From sequence record SRR33789315_132: DNA of 64,000 nucleotides. One strand, written 5' to 3'. Every line of letters starts with the position of its first letter. Positions within the stretch are counted from its first letter, which is position 1. Positions 51,709 through 64,000 of the stretch are shown here, in pieces. The translations under genes were made by a program, and so were the position numbers. The notes beneath the pieces were generated by a model. It made no database searches and had not been told where the DNA came from. It saw only the letters and a program-made list of their open reading frames with translations.

Positions 51709-54700
51709 ATGCCTGAACAATTCGTACATTTACGCCTGCACACCGAATACTCCATCGTGGATGGCTTGGTGCGTATCGATGAGTTGATTGAGAAAGCCGT
51801 CGATATGGCGATGCCCGCCGTTGCTCTAACAGATCATTCGAATCTATTCGGTCTAATCAAATTCTATAGCGCCGCCATTAACTCGGGCATTAAACCGATC
51901 TGCGGTTGCGATGTCTTAGTCGAGAATGAAGACAATCCGCAACGACCTTGTCCTATGGTGCTATTGGTACGCAACAAAGTCGGCTATCGAAATCTGACGG
52001 AGTTAATCTCGCGTGCCTACACCGAGAAATCGACGAGTAGTTTGCTAACGGTTCGCCGCGAGTGGGTGGCGCAGCACTCAGAGGGTTTGATAGCACTTTC
52101 CGGTGGGCGCGATGGCGAGATTGGCCGCTATCTCCTAGAGGATGGCGAGGACAAAGCAAGTGAAGCACTAGCGCAATGGATGGGCTGGTTTCCAGGTAAT
52201 TTCTATCTGGAATTGCATCGCTGTGGGCGAGAAGGGGAGGAGCGATACATCGATGCGGCGGTAACACTAGCCTCAAGAATGCGCTGTCCAGTTGTTGCCA
52301 CCAATGACGTGCGCTTTATCGACCGCGACGATTTCGAGGCACACGAGGCGCGTGTCTGCATTAACGAGCGCCGTACCTTGGATGATCCGCGTCGTTCGCA
52401 TAATTATACCGAGCAACAATACCTGCGATCTGCTGCAGAGATGGAAGAGTTGTTCAGCGATCTTCCCGAGGCGATTGCCAACACGCGCGCCATCGCCTTG
52501 AGCTGTAATCTCGATCTCGAACTAGGCAAACCCTATCTGCCGAATTATCCGATACCCGAGAACTATACTGTCGAGGAGTTCTTCCTCGAGATTAGTAAGA
52601 AGGGGCTGGATAAGCGCCTCTCAAAAATATTTGCCAAACTGGAGCCCGATTCCGAAGAAAGAAAGGCAAAGACGAAGCCCTATTATGAGCGCCTCGATTT
52701 CGAACTCAACGTAATCAACCAGATGGGCTTTCCTGGCTATTTCCTTATTGTGATGGAATTCATTCAATGGGCGCGGGATAACGATATTCCGGTAGGGCCG
52801 GGTCGTGGTTCAGGCGCGGGTTCGATTGTGGCCTATGCCTTAGGAATTACGGATCTTGATCCGCTACGCTATGACTTGCTGTTCGAACGTTTCCTCAATC
52901 CTGAGCGAGTTTCAATGCCCGACTTCGACGTCGACTTTTGTATGGACGGTCGCGACAGGGTGATACAACATGTCGCGGATCTCTACGGGAAAGAGGCTGT
53001 CTCCCAAATCATTACATTTGGCACCATGGCTGCGAAAGCGGTGGTGCGCGACGTCGCTCGCGTACAAGGCAAGTCCTACGCCTTAGCCGATAAACTTTCC
53101 AAATTAATTCCTTTCGAGCCTGGCATGACTCTGACCAAGGCGTTGGAGCAAGAGCCAGCGCTACAAGAGTTCATCGATGGTGATGAAGATGCGCAAGAAA
53201 TAATGGAGATGGCCTATAAGTTAGAGGGCATCACCCGCAACGTTGGTAAGCATGCCGGCGGGGTAGTCATTGCCCCTACAAAGTTAACAGACTTCTCGCC
53301 TCTTTATTGCGATGAAAATGGGGAAGGGCTAGTAACGCAGTTCGACAAGAACGATGTAGAGACTGCCGGCTTGGTGAAGTTCGACTTCCTTGGACTGCGC
53401 ACACTGACTATTATTGACTGGGCGATTAAGATGATCAACGCGCAGGAGTTTGCCGATGGCTCTTCTCAGCTCGATATCACCGAGATCCCCCTAGACGATA
53501 AGAAAGTCTACGACTTATTACAAAGGGGTGAGACTACCGCCGTCTTCCAACTCGAATCCCGTGGCATGAAGGATCTGATCAAGCGCCTTCTGCCAAGCCG
53601 CTTCGAGGACATCATCGCTCTGGTTGCCCTGTTCCGGCCTGGCCCATTGCAGTCGGGCATGGTGGACGACTTTATCAACCGTAAGCATGGTCGCGCCGAT
53701 GTGGATTATCCCCATGCCGACTTGGAGCCAGTGCTCTCCAATACCTACGGCGTGATTCTGTATCAAGAACAGGTAATGCAGATTGCCCAGGTATTGGCCA
53801 ACTATAGTCTAGGCGGCGCGGATATGCTCCGTCGTGCTATGGGCAAGAAGAAAGCCGAAGAGATGGCCAAGCAGCGCGATTTGTTTATGGAAGGTGCTGC
53901 TCAGCGCGGTATCGATCCAAAATTAGCGGGTTCTATTTTCGACCTGATGGAAAAATTCGCGGGCTATGGTTTTAATAAGTCTCACTCAGCCGCCTATGCC
54001 CTTGTGTCTTATCAGACGGCTTGGCTCAAAGAGCATTACCCGGCCTATTTCATGGCGGCGGTGCTCTCTGCCGATATGCAGAATACTGACAAGGTAGTGA
54101 CATTGATCGAAGAGTGTCGACAGATGAAACTTCCCCTTGTGGTGCCCGACGTCAATTTGGGAGCGTTCAATTTCACGGTGAATGCGAATCGCGAAATCGT
54201 ATATGGGCTCGGGGCAATTAAAGGGCTAGGGGAGGGTCCTGTAGCTAGCATTATCGCGGCGCGCAAGGCTGGCGGGAAATTCGTCTCGCTACTGGATTTC
54301 TGTCAGCGAGTGGATGCGCGATCGGTCAACAAACGTACCCTCGAGGCATTAGTGAAAGCGGGGGCATTGGATAGCCTGCAGTCTGGCAGCAAGGATCAGG
54401 CAAGGGCCAGTCTGTTCGCAGCGATCGCAGAAACAACGAAGGCGGCAGAGCAGAGTAGTCGTAACGCGGCGATTGGGGTGCAGGACATGTTCGGTGAAAT
54501 AGCGCCAGACAATACCCCCTCAGTGGCAGGGTCGACAAGTCGTGCGCGAGCGCGACCATGGAGTGAACAGCAGCGCTTAGCGAATGAGCGAGAAACTCTA
54601 GGACTCTACCTTAGTGGGCATCCGATTGATGAGTTCCTTCCCGAGATTGGGCGCATGACTCGGGATCGTTTGGCCAACCTCAAGCCGGAGCGTGAGAGCC

Positions 54701-55296
54701 AATTAGTGGCAGGGCTAGTCGTATCTACACGCACCATGAAGAGTAAGCGCGGCGACACTATCGCCTTTGTAGTCTTGGACGATCGTAGTGCGCGCCTTGA
54801 AGTGTCGGTATTCGGTCGTGAATACGAGCAGTTTCGAGAGTTGTTGCAAAAGGACAGCATTCTTGTCATCGATTGTTTTGTCAGTGTCGACGACTATAGC
54901 GGTGCGATGCGTGGACGTGCCAAACATATTGTGGGCTTGGACAACGCTCGCGCTCTATTCGCTAAAGGGCTAGAGCTCCATCTTCACAGCGACTATCTCA
55001 TGCCCGACTTTACGGCATCGCTAACGCGCATCCTAGAGGCGCATAAGCAGCCGAGCGTGATGCCGGAGGTGGCGCAGGTGCAGAGTCCACCAGAGAGGGA
55101 GGGTAAGGCCCGCACGCCGTCTAGTCTGGCCCAGACACAGAGTGCTTGCCCGGTGCGCATCTACTACGAACGCCCCGGCAGTAAGGGCTGCGTACAACTA
55201 GGAGAGGAGTGGTCCGTTCTGCCCTCACAGGAGTTATTGCAGCGATTACAAGAAGAGTTTGGGCGTGCGCGAGTACGACTCAATTACCAACAATAG
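51709..55296 (+). CDS. dnaE: DNA polymerase III alpha subunit
   Basis: PHP domain, GRGSGAGS, MPDFDVDF, YGFNKSH, clamp motif QDMF and OB fold; no intein. Confidence 0.98.
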   Translation: MPEQFVHLRLHTEYSIVDGLVRIDELIEKAVDMAMPAVALTDHSNLFGLIKFYSAAINSGIKPICGCDVLVENEDNPQRPCPMVLLVRNKVGYRNLTELISRAYTEKSTSSLLTVRREWVAQHSEGLIALSGGRDGEIGRYLLEDGEDKASEALAQWMGWFPGNFYLELHRCGREGEERYIDAAVTLASRMRCPVVATNDVRFIDRDDFEAHEARVCINERRTLDDPRRSHNYTEQQYLRSAAEMEELFSDLPEAIANTRAIALSCNLDLELGKPYLPNYPIPENYTVEEFFLEISKKGLDKRLSKIFAKLEPDSEERKAKTKPYYERLDFELNVINQMGFPGYFLIVMEFIQWARDNDIPVGPGRGSGAGSIVAYALGITDLDPLRYDLLFERFLNPERVSMPDFDVDFCMDGRDRVIQHVADLYGKEAVSQIITFGTMAAKAVVRDVARVQGKSYALADKLSKLIPFEPGMTLTKALEQEPALQEFIDGDEDAQEIMEMAYKLEGITRNVGKHAGGVVIAPTKLTDFSPLYCDENGEGLVTQFDKNDVETAGLVKFDFLGLRTLTIIDWAIKMINAQEFADGSSQLDITEIPLDDKKVYDLLQRGETTAVFQLESRGMKDLIKRLLPSRFEDIIALVALFRPGPLQSGMVDDFINRKHGRADVDYPHADLEPVLSNTYGVILYQEQVMQIAQVLANYSLGGADMLRRAMGKKKAEEMAKQRDLFMEGAAQRGIDPKLAGSIFDLMEKFAGYGFNKSHSAAYALVSYQTAWLKEHYPAYFMAAVLSADMQNTDKVVTLIEECRQMKLPLVVPDVNLGAFNFTVNANREIVYGLGAIKGLGEGPVASIIAARKAGGKFVSLLDFCQRVDARSVNKRTLEALVKAGALDSLQSGSKDQARASLFAAIAETTKAAEQSSRNAAIGVQDMFGEIAPDNTPSVAGSTSRARARPWSEQQRLANERETLGLYLSGHPIDEFLPEIGRMTRDRLANLKPERESQLVAGLVVSTRTMKSKRGDTIAFVVLDDRSARLEVSVFGREYEQFRELLQKDSILVIDCFVSVDDYSGAMRGRAKHIVGLDNARALFAKGLELHLHSDYLMPDFTASLTRILEAHKQPSVMPEVAQVQSPPEREGKARTPSSLAQTQSACPVRIYYERPGSKGCVQLGEEWSVLPSQELLQRLQEEFGRARVRLNYQQ

Positions 55297-55402
55297 GCCC
55301 AGCGTGTGGCCGTTTACGAGCGACTATTGCGCCTGTCGCCTAAAGTGACCGGCATTTGCTATCATGCGGGTCAGAACAGACACTATTGGGATAAGACACT
55401 CT

Positions 55403-56356
55403 ATGAATCCGAATTACCTAGACTTCGAACAGCCCATCGCCGATTTGGAAGTGAAAATCAACGAGTTGCGCTTGGTTGGCACTGATAACAAGCTCAATAT
55501 CACCGATGAGATCCAGAAGTTACAGGAAAAGAACAAGAAGTTAACCGAGAAGATCTACTCTTCGTTAAGCCCATGGCAGATCTCCCAAGTAGCGCGCCAT
55601 CCGCTGCGCCCCTATACACTGGACTATATCTCCCATATCTTCACAGACTTTGATGAATTGCATGGTGACCGCCTATTTGCCGACGATCTCGCCCTGATCG
55701 GCGGCGTTGCGCGCTTGGATGGGCGTCCGGTCATGGTCATTGGTCACCAGAAAGGACGTGGCACAAAAGAGAAAGTTCGCCACAACTTCGGCATGCCGCG
55801 CCCAGAGGGCTATCGCAAGGCCCGTCGTCTCATCGCGATGGCAGAGCGTTTTAAATTGCCTGTGTTGACCTTCATCGACACGCCGGGAGCCTATCCTGGC
55901 ATTGATGCGGAGGAGCGCGGTATCAACGAGGCTATTGCAGAGAACATGGCGATGATGTCAACGGTACGCACTCCCTTGATTGCCACAGTAACGGGCGAGG
56001 CCAACTCGGGCGGCGCTATCGCTATCGGGATTGCTGACCACCTGAACATGCTCGAATACTCGACCTATACAGTGATCACCCCCGAAGGCTGCGCCACGAT
56101 TCTGTGGAAGTCCTCCGAATATGCCTCTGCCGCCGCGGAAGCGATGGGTGTTACCTCGAAACGCCTTGAGGAACTCGGGATTGTCGATAGCACAATCGAA
56201 GAGCCTCGCGGTGGAGCGCATCGTGATGTGCCGGCGATGTCGGCCAACATCAAAGAGGCCCTTATCGAGCAAGTAGACCGCCTCAGCGTTATGGATGTCG
56301 ACCAACTGCTTGAGCGCCGTTACAGTCGCCTAATGAGCTACGGTATTTCCAACTAA
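55403..56356 (+). CDS. accA: Acetyl-CoA carboxylase carboxyltransferase alpha
   Basis: [27 protein letters not shown] and DTPGAYPG. Confidence 0.97.
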   Translation: MNPNYLDFEQPIADLEVKINELRLVGTDNKLNITDEIQKLQEKNKKLTEKIYSSLSPWQISQVARHPLRPYTLDYISHIFTDFDELHGDRLFADDLALIGGVARLDGRPVMVIGHQKGRGTKEKVRHNFGMPRPEGYRKARRLIAMAERFKLPVLTFIDTPGAYPGIDAEERGINEAIAENMAMMSTVRTPLIATVTGEANSGGAIAIGIADHLNMLEYSTYTVITPEGCATILWKSSEYASAAAEAMGVTSKRLEELGIVDSTIEEPRGGAHRDVPAMSANIKEALIEQVDRLSVMDVDQLLERRYSRLMSYGISN

Positions 56357-56360
56357 TACT

Positions 56361-57725
56361 ATGGCTTTCACTGCCGAATCTTTGCTGAAGCAGCTGGCGG
56401 GGTTTCCCTCCGGCAGCCGCTTTGCAGTGGCCTATAGTGGTGGCCTAGACTCCATAGTTCTTCTTCATGCAATGCATCATGCGTTGACTCTGGCTAGTCA
56501 CTCCCGTGGCGATGTTCCAGCCTTTTCGTTGCGCGCTATCCATGTGAATCATGGCTTGAGCCCCAGAGCAGATCAGTGGCAGAGTCTCTGTGAGCAAACC
56601 TGCGCGCACCTAGGTGTTCCCCTACATTGCGAGCGCATAACTCTAGATTCAGATAAGCCAGCGAACCTCGAAAGTCAGGCTCGAGACTTGCGCTATGGAG
56701 TCTTCGAGCGTCAGTTGGAGGAGCAGGAGTGCTTGCTGATGGCACATCATCTGGACGATCAAGCCGAGACGTTTTTGCTGCGCAGTTTACGCGGTGCTGG
56801 ACCCCGCGGATTGGCCGCGGTGCCTAAGCGCAGAACATTGGGCAGGGCGACAGTGTTCAGGCCATTATTAGCCGTTTCCCGCGCCGAGCTAGAGGCCTAT
56901 GCTCAAAGCACCATGCTGAGTTGGGTGGAGGACGAGAGCAATGCGAATCAATCCTTCGATCGTAACTATTGCCGCCATGCGCTACTCCCGCAGATCGAGC
57001 AACGCTGGCCGGCTTATCGTGAGTCTTGGCAGCGCAGTGCAGCACTATGCGCAGAGGCGGACTCTTTGCTAGACGAGCTGGCACTCATCGATTATGAAGC
57101 GAATAAGTGCCCATTACCCACCATGCTAAACGCAGAGAATCTGCAGTCACTGAGTCAAGCTCGGCAGCGCAATCTTTTGCGTTATTGGCTCAGCTTGGCT
57201 GGCGCACCGGATCCCGGTTGGAACATCCTTACGCAGATAGTGCAGGAGTTGATTCCTGCCGCTGTGGATGCGCAGCCGGAGATCCGCTGGCACAGCGCAG
57301 CGGCAAAAGTGGTGCTGCATCGCTACCGCCAGCATCTTTATCTCCATCCTGACTTCGAAGATAAACCCAGTCTTAGCGAGGGGCAGTGGCAGGCCAAGGA
57401 CACGCTTCATCTGGAGGGCAACGGACTGCTCTACGCGCAAACGAGTGCGGGGGGTGGCTTGCGTGTTGCAGGCAATCAGCCACTTAGTCTGCGCTATCGA
57501 CAGGGTGGAGAGAGCTGCAAATTACAAGGGCGGCGCACACGCTCCGTAAAGAAAATCCTTCAGGATGCCAATGTGGTTCCGTGGCTTCGTGACCGCGTCC
57601 CATTGCTCTACAGCGATGGCGAGCTCATTTGCATTCCCGGGATAGGGGTCTGTGAGGGCTGGCAAGCGGGTCCTAATGATGCGGGATGGCAGGTCATTTG
57701 GGTGCCGCCGGGCAGTGAGCTATAG
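56361..57725 (+). CDS. tilS: tRNA(Ile)-lysidine synthetase
   Basis: AYSGGLDS, HVNHGL, HHLDDQAET and DESN..RN. Confidence 0.97.
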   Translation: MAFTAESLLKQLAGFPSGSRFAVAYSGGLDSIVLLHAMHHALTLASHSRGDVPAFSLRAIHVNHGLSPRADQWQSLCEQTCAHLGVPLHCERITLDSDKPANLESQARDLRYGVFERQLEEQECLLMAHHLDDQAETFLLRSLRGAGPRGLAAVPKRRTLGRATVFRPLLAVSRAELEAYAQSTMLSWVEDESNANQSFDRNYCRHALLPQIEQRWPAYRESWQRSAALCAEADSLLDELALIDYEANKCPLPTMLNAENLQSLSQARQRNLLRYWLSLAGAPDPGWNILTQIVQELIPAAVDAQPEIRWHSAAAKVVLHRYRQHLYLHPDFEDKPSLSEGQWQAKDTLHLEGNGLLYAQTSAGGGLRVAGNQPLSLRYRQGGESCKLQGRRTRSVKKILQDANVVPWLRDRVPLLYSDGELICIPGIGVCEGWQAGPNDAGWQVIWVPPGSEL

Positions 57726-57757
57726 CACTGATTGACACATCCTCAGGCAATTTTGCG

Positions 57758-57786
57758 TTGTGGTCGAGCATGGCTTCTGGTAGTCT
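57758..57786 (+). promoter_or_regulatory. Putative sigma70 promoter of pyrG-kdsA-eno
   Basis: TTGTGG-N17-TAGTCT with TGn extension. Confidence 0.4.
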
Positions 57787-57876
57787 GTAATCCCATCTGT
57801 AGGTGCTTGTTTCATTTGATAAGTTTTCGCGTATCACTCCCTAAAGGAGCCGCCATACGCCCAAGGAAATTCATAA

Positions 57877-60462
<2,586 letters not shown>

Positions 60463-60498
60463 GACATTTTTTGAACAAAAAGTTATTGGAAAGAATAG

Positions 60499-61806
<1,308 letters not shown>

Positions 61807-61845
61807 CGCGTGCCGGTGCGGGCGTTGCCTTGATGCGGGGGCACT

Positions 61846-62118
61846 ATGAAAGTTCTTGTGAGCGTAATCGTGGTGTTGTTTCTCATTCTGCAGTTCAATC
61901 TGTGGGTCGGGGAAGGCAGTGTTTCACAGCTGCGTGAACTCGATGCACAGGTCGAAGTGCAGGAAGCGGAAAATCTGGCCCTTGCACAAAGGAATCAAGA
62001 GCTAGAGGGCGAAGTCGTCGATCTTAAAGAAGGTCAAGATGCGATTGAAGAGCGCGCTCGTAGCGAGTTTGGGATGGTGAAGGAAGGGGAGACCCTCTAC
62101 ATCATCGTGGACGAGTAG
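61846..62118 (+). CDS. ftsB: Cell division protein FtsB
   Basis: TM, LW.GEG, coiled coil and IEERAR..GMVKEGET. Confidence 0.93.
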   Translation: MKVLVSVIVVLFLILQFNLWVGEGSVSQLRELDAQVEVQEAENLALAQRNQELEGEVVDLKEGQDAIEERARSEFGMVKEGETLYIIVDE

Positions 62119-62138
62119 AGTGAGTTTATAAGGAATTT

Positions 62139-62166
62139 GTCGATGCCGGTGTAAGCCGGCATCGAC
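62139..62166. other. Stable intergenic hairpin between ftsB and ispD
   Basis: GTCGATGCCGG-T-GTAA-G-CCGGCATCGAC (11-bp stem, GNRA loop, no U-tract). Confidence 0.6.
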
Positions 62167-62215
62167 GCTTCTAGGGTTGTGTATTTCGTAAGTCTGGATT
62201 TCAAGCGGATAGTCT

Positions 62216-62917
62216 ATGGCAATTTGGGCAATAGTGCCGGCAGCCGGTGTTGGCGCACGCATGAACAGTGAGATGCCTAAACAGTATCTCCCTCTCAATG
62301 GACAATCCGTCATTGCTCATACTTTAGAACGCCTTTCAGGCATTGAGGATCTACGGGCAACAGTGGTCGCATTGCACCCAAATGATGCGCTTTGGGCTGA
62401 GCATGGAGTGGCGCTAAGAGACGGATTGATGACCTGCAGTGGTGGCGAGCAGCGCTGCCAATCGGTACTTAATGGACTCTACGCCCTGGCAGGTTTGGCA
62501 GACGATGACGATTGGGTATTAGTGCATGATGCAGTTCGACCCTGTGTTCGAATAGACGATATTGAGGGCTTGCTACGCGAGATTGAGAATCATCCTGTCG
62601 GGGGATTACTCGGTGTGCCGGTGAGCAGTACCTTGAAGCTCGCGAATCAACAGGGCGATATCGTCGCTACGCTGCCACGCGACGATATGTGGCAGGCGAG
62701 CACGCCACAGGCATTTCGCTATGGCCAATTGCGTCAAGTATTGGAACAGTCTGTCGCGGCAGGTGACTTCGTGACAGATGAAGCTGCAGCGATGGAGAAG
62801 GCTGGATATACACCCCGTCTGGTGCGAGGTGGTGCTGACAATATCAAGATTACTTTTCCCGATGATCTGCGCATGGCGGGCGTGATCTTAAAAGCACAGG
62901 CCGATAACGAGGCGTAG
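62216..62917 (+). CDS. ispD: MEP cytidylyltransferase
   Basis: PAAGVGARM..PKQY, VLVHDAVRP, TPQAF and NIKIT. Confidence 0.97.
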   Translation: MAIWAIVPAAGVGARMNSEMPKQYLPLNGQSVIAHTLERLSGIEDLRATVVALHPNDALWAEHGVALRDGLMTCSGGEQRCQSVLNGLYALAGLADDDDWVLVHDAVRPCVRIDDIEGLLREIENHPVGGLLGVPVSSTLKLANQQGDIVATLPRDDMWQASTPQAFRYGQLRQVLEQSVAAGDFVTDEAAAMEKAGYTPRLVRGGADNIKITFPDDLRMAGVILKAQADNEA

Positions 62918-62924
62918 AAAGATT

Positions 62925-63434
62925 ATGTGGGATCGAATTAGAACAGGGCATGGCTACGACGCGCATCGCTTCGCCGAGACCGCGTTACCCGACAAACCAT
63001 TAGTTTTAGGCGGTGTGACAATCGCCCATGATAAGAGCCTGCTTGCTCATTCCGATGGCGACGCGGTCATTCATGCACTTTGTGATGCCTTGTTGGGCGC
63101 TATCGCTAAAGGGGATATTGGGCGCCATTTTCCCGACACCGATGCGCAGTTTAGCAATATAGACAGTGGCGTGTTATTGCAGCGAGTGTGCGATTTCTTG
63201 CGTGTAGACGAATGGCTAATCGGCAATGTCGATATCACGATACTTGCGCAGGCGCCTCGCATGGCCCCGTACATAGAAAAGATGTGTGAACGTCTTGCAG
63301 GCCTTATGAAAATTACGGCACAGCAGGTTAATGTGAAAGCCTCCACTACAGAGGGAATGGGTTTCGTAGGGCGTAAAGAAGGGATTGAAACGTATGCCGT
63401 GGTGTTAATTTATCGCGACAATCATGACTCATGA
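62925..63434 (+). CDS. ispF: MECDP synthase
   Basis: GHGYDAH, HSDGD, GDIGRHFP and KASTTEGMG. Confidence 0.97.
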   Translation: MWDRIRTGHGYDAHRFAETALPDKPLVLGGVTIAHDKSLLAHSDGDAVIHALCDALLGAIAKGDIGRHFPDTDAQFSNIDSGVLLQRVCDFLRVDEWLIGNVDITILAQAPRMAPYIEKMCERLAGLMKITAQQVNVKASTTEGMGFVGRKEGIETYAVVLIYRDNHDS

Positions 63435-63470
63435 AGACGCGATTTTTGCGCCACACTGTAGGAAAGCAAG

Positions 63471-64000
63471 ATGAATGAAGCGCAGGATGCGTACGCACGT
63501 TTAGGTTTCGCTTATGGATCCCCGCTAGCGGAAGCCGTTTTTAAGCAAACTGCGCAAGACTTTCGTGTTAGTGAAGACTTAGGCTTTGAGCTTAGTGGCG
63601 AGGGCGAGCACTTGTGTTTGCATATACGCAAAACAGAAGTGAACACGCAGCATGTCGTAAGACACCTAGCGCGGCTGGCAAACGTTCGAGAGCGCGATAT
63701 TGGCTATGCAGGCTTAAAAGATCACATGGGCGTTTGCGAGCAGTGGTTAAGTATCTATCAGCCGCAAGCGCAGGAGATCGATTTTAGCAGTCTCTCCGAG
63801 ATTGGAGTTGAGGTGCTAAACAGTGTGCGCAATAGCCGCAAGATTCGCCGCGGAAGTCATCGTAGTAATGGGTTTCTCATAGTATTGCATGGGCTCGCGA
63901 ATCACCGTGCTGGGCAATTGCAGTTCTCTGAGTTACAAGCAGATTTAGAAACGCGTCTGCTATCGATTCGTGCCCAAGGTGTGCCAAATTATTTTGGCGA
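63471..64000 (+). CDS. truD: tRNA pseudouridine(13) synthase TruD (5' part, runs off window)
   Basis: Not in the ORF track; hand translation gives DFRVSE, GEGEH, GYAGLKD..QW and GVPNYFG. Confidence 0.93.
   Translation, partial: MNEAQDAYARLGFAYGSPLAEAVFKQTAQDFRVSEDLGFELSGEGEHLCLHIRKTEVNTQHVVRHLARLANVRERDIGYAGLKDHMGVCEQWLSIYQPQAQEIDFSSLSEIGVEVLNSVRNSRKIRRGSHRSNGFLIVLHGLANHRAGQLQFSELQADLETRLLSIRAQGVPNYFG

Overview
This 64-kb window is about 50% GC and comes from a gammaproteobacterial chromosome. The gene order is Pseudomonas/Oceanospirillales-like; a marine OM182/Pseudohongiella-type host is a guess only. From about 7.5 kb onward it is almost all conserved core genome: ygfZ/sdhE/ygfX, nadB, rpoE-rseA-mucD, lepA-lepB-DUF4845-rnc-era-recO, cysM-rlmD-relA-mazG, adk, tsaB-uppP-rsmJ, map-glnD-yffB-dapD-dapE (minus strand), rpsB-tsf-pyrH-frr-uppS-cdsA-dxr-rseP-bamA-skp-lpxD-fabZ-lpxA-lpxB-rnhB-dnaE-accA-tilS, and pyrG-kdsA-eno-ftsB-ispD-ispF-truD (partial). 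I saw no tRNA, rRNA, CRISPR array, transposase or prophage gene. Non-core content is in two places. The first 7.4 kb encodes a secreted PAL-like NHL beta-propeller with altered catalytic residues, plus a co-oriented run of MazG-like, GGCT, ltaE, cNMP-EAL phosphodiesterase, two DUF6644-like membrane paralogs and SelO. A 333-aa AlgP/histone-H1-like gene sits between adk and tsaB. Other points of note are a sigmaE locus lacking rseB/rseC but with two good sigmaE promoters, no pdxJ after recO, BamA with two large loop insertions, and a probably leaderless tsaB. No clearly novel multi-gene system can be proven from sequence alone. The best leads are the cNMP-EAL/DUF6644/SelO cluster, the histone-like protein and the RseB-less sigmaE circuit. 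All family calls are by motif recognition; no database search was run.
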